A DNA stretch of 64,000 nucleotides from the NCBI GenBank assembly GCA_949077035.1, contig CARUPR010000002.1, positions 4,218 through 68,217 of the forward strand, in the 5' to 3' direction. The position numbers and the translations under genes are program-made. Numbering within the stretch: the stretch's first letter is position 1; each line of letters starts with the position of its first letter. Below, piece after piece: positions 62,565 through 64,000 of the stretch. This stretch comes from an uncultured Eubacteriales bacterium. GTDB lineage: Bacteria > Bacillota > Clostridia > Christensenellales > UBA1242. The notes under the pieces were generated by a model. It was not told where the DNA came from. It saw nothing but the letters and a program-made list of their open reading frames with translations, and did no database searches.

Positions 62565-62592
62565 ATTATACTTATTTTTTTTTGTTTGTCAA
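62565..62592 (-). promoter_or_regulatory. SigmaA promoter of rplJL
   Basis: The reverse strand reads TTGACA (62587-62592), a 16-nt spacer, then TATAAT (62565-62570). Confidence 0.7.
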
Positions 62593-62706
62593 TAGATTTT
62601 TAATAAAAAATTTATTTTAAATAACTATTTCTTATTTTTATCTTATTTTAAATATAAAAAAGCTATGATACAATATTGGCAAGAGTGTAAAAAGAAAGAT
62701 TAATTA

Positions 62707-62735
62707 TTGACAATAAGTGAAATATTAGGTATAAT
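62707..62735 (+). promoter_or_regulatory. Consensus sigmaA promoter of the transglutaminase-like gene
   Basis: TTGACA (62707-62712), a 17-nt spacer, then TATAAT (62730-62735). The RBS AAGAGGA lies before ATG 62758. Confidence 0.75.
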
Positions 62736-62757
62736 TATATAAAGAGGATTTCAATAT

Positions 62758-64000
62758 ATGGAAAAAATCAAACTTGATAAAACCGAACTTATGAAAAAAG
62801 TAAAACTTAAGGGCACAAGGGTAGAACTTGATGTTGATGATTTTATTGAAATTTTTTCTGATGAAGAAAACAACAAGGATATTATCACAAGAATAAAAGA
62901 CCTAGCTAAAAATGGTGTTAGTATATTTTTTAATACCCAAGAATATATATCAAATAATGAGATTATAGATAAAGAAAATTTAAATATTTTTGAACTTTCA
63001 TATAAAAATGCAGTAAAAAATGGAATAAAATGCAGGTATGGCTCATGTGTAAGATATGGAAAAGGCAATACGTATTCTGATGTAAACCAAACAATAAAAG
63101 CGACAAAAAAGATAAATGACTGGGTTGATGAAATCAAAAATGCAAGAGTTGATGGGATGGAGCTCACTCCTTTTGAAAAATTTTTGTATGCATATGAGAT
63201 TGTCACTCAATTTCAATATATAGAAGAAGATAAAGGTGACAATTCAAATCTTTCAAGACATATAATAAATGTGCTTAATGGTAATAGAATTGTATGTGCC
63301 GGTTATGAAGCTATTTTTAGGCATATTTTAAACCGATTGGATATAAATTGTTCGCGATTATTATTATATAATACAAATCGCGATGGTGGTCATGGTGCAA
63401 GTTTGGTTTATTTAAATGACCCTGTATATAATATAAACGGAATATTTGTTTCAGAGCCGACATGGGGTGCAGGTAAAGCTTCTTCAAAAACAATGGGAAG
63501 ACAATTTTTATATGCATTTTTATCTATAGAACAGGCAAAAAAGTTATATGGAGATATTAATAATTTAATCATAAATGATGAAACAATTTATGAAAGCAGG
63601 AAAGAATTGTTTGAAAGTGTCTTTTATAAACAAAGTATGATGTTGCATAAAAAAGAACTTGAAGAAGCGAAAGCACGTTTTCTTGAAAATTTTGAAGGTT
63701 TTATTGTCGAAAATAAGAATTATAAACGAGTTAAAAATGAAATAAAACATATCGCCAAGACTTTGAAATTAAGACAAAATGATATAGCCAAAAATTATAA
63801 AGAAAATAGGGTGCATTACAAAAAGGATAAATTATATAAAAAACTTTTGGATTCAACTATATCACATTTGGATGATTTTTATGAAGATGAAAAATTTGAT
63901 ATAAATTCACCAATTTTTGATTCAGAAAGTGAAAATATTATCGAAAATCTTTTAAAGTCAAAATATAGTGTTGAAGAAATTTCACAGAATTATCTTGAAA
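62758..64000 (+). CDS. Transglutaminase-like cysteine-protease-fold protein; the 3' end is outside the window
   Basis: My own translation is open from ATG 62758 to the window end (414 codons): MEKIKLDKTELMKKVKLKG... The core is VCAGYEAIFRHILNRLDINCSRLLLYNTNRDGGHGASLVYLNDPVYNINGIFVSEPTWG, giving a Cys...His...(D/E)PTW arrangement. It is absent from the ORF track because no stop is reached. Confidence 0.6.
   Translation, partial: MEKIKLDKTELMKKVKLKGTRVELDVDDFIEIFSDEENNKDIITRIKDLAKNGVSIFFNTQEYISNNEIIDKENLNIFELSYKNAVKNGIKCRYGSCVRYGKGNTYSDVNQTIKATKKINDWVDEIKNARVDGMELTPFEKFLYAYEIVTQFQYIEEDKGDNSNLSRHIINVLNGNRIVCAGYEAIFRHILNRLDINCSRLLLYNTNRDGGHGASLVYLNDPVYNINGIFVSEPTWGAGKASSKTMGRQFLYAFLSIEQAKKLYGDINNLIINDETIYESRKELFESVFYKQSMMLHKKELEEAKARFLENFEGFIVENKNYKRVKNEIKHIAKTLKLRQNDIAKNYKENRVHYKKDKLYKKLLDSTISHLDDFYEDEKFDINSPIFDSESENIIENLLKSKYSVEEISQNYLE

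Noticed and set aside
62751-63206. A 151-aa minus-strand ORF rich in S/F/I
   Set aside because: It is low-complexity and has no RBS. It lies antisense to a much longer plus-strand frame that has a consensus promoter, an RBS and a recognisable catalytic core.

Overview
This is an AT-rich chromosomal segment of Bacillota (Firmicutes) type. It uses the standard genetic code: UGA is a stop, and long ORFs including one of about 2,800 codons are uninterrupted. Most genes have a clear Shine-Dalgarno site. I support about 55 protein genes, 2 tRNAs (Ser-CGA, Glu-UUC), 1 pseudogene, many intrinsic terminators, several near-consensus sigmaA promoters and several repeat arrays. I saw no rRNA, CRISPR/cas, transposase, integrase or prophage genes. 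Housekeeping content: metG (partial), sigH-rlmB, mrnC, ychF, secA, rpmG-secE-nusG-rplK-rplA, queH, lepB, hup, rubrerythrin, comFC, recD2, cysS and rplJ-rplL. The normally contiguous cysS...sigH...rplL neighbourhood is broken into four blocks, and accessory genes lie between them. Main observations: (1) There are two G9/C9 homopolymers, which are exceptional in this AT-rich DNA. One lies inside the signal peptide of a strongly promoted lipoprotein gene. The other forms the spacer between perfect -35 and -10 hexamers of a DUF4116 gene. Both are candidate slipped-strand phase switches. (2) A roughly 12.5-kb NAD / ADP-ribose salvage island (27.7-40.3 kb) carries a nucleoside hydrolase, pnuC, a decayed LOG gene, an isochorismatase-like/ARH/HAD-nucleotidase/NADAR operon, a P-loop kinase, pncB, an NMN/NaMN adenylyltransferase, a PncA-Nudix fusion, nadE and an NrtR-like regulator. 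Three copies of a TGTGAT-N3-ATCA dyad each overlap the -10 of a near-consensus promoter. (3) Two giant proteins are present: a 1,689-aa coiled-coil protein anchored by a transmembrane (TM) hairpin, and a 2,822-aa surface protein with a signal peptide and a C-terminal TM anchor. (4) A BclA-like collagen-repeat protein has a Cys/His-rich N-terminus. (5) A 61-aa hydrophobic, Cys-containing peptide is transcribed divergently from an ArsR/SmtB repressor. (6) Two paralogous two-TM membrane proteins lie next to each other. (7) A bipartite intergenic element occurs at two loci. (8) There are 11-bp-phased repeat arrays. All functional calls come from reading the translated sequences and motifs by eye. 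No database search was run.
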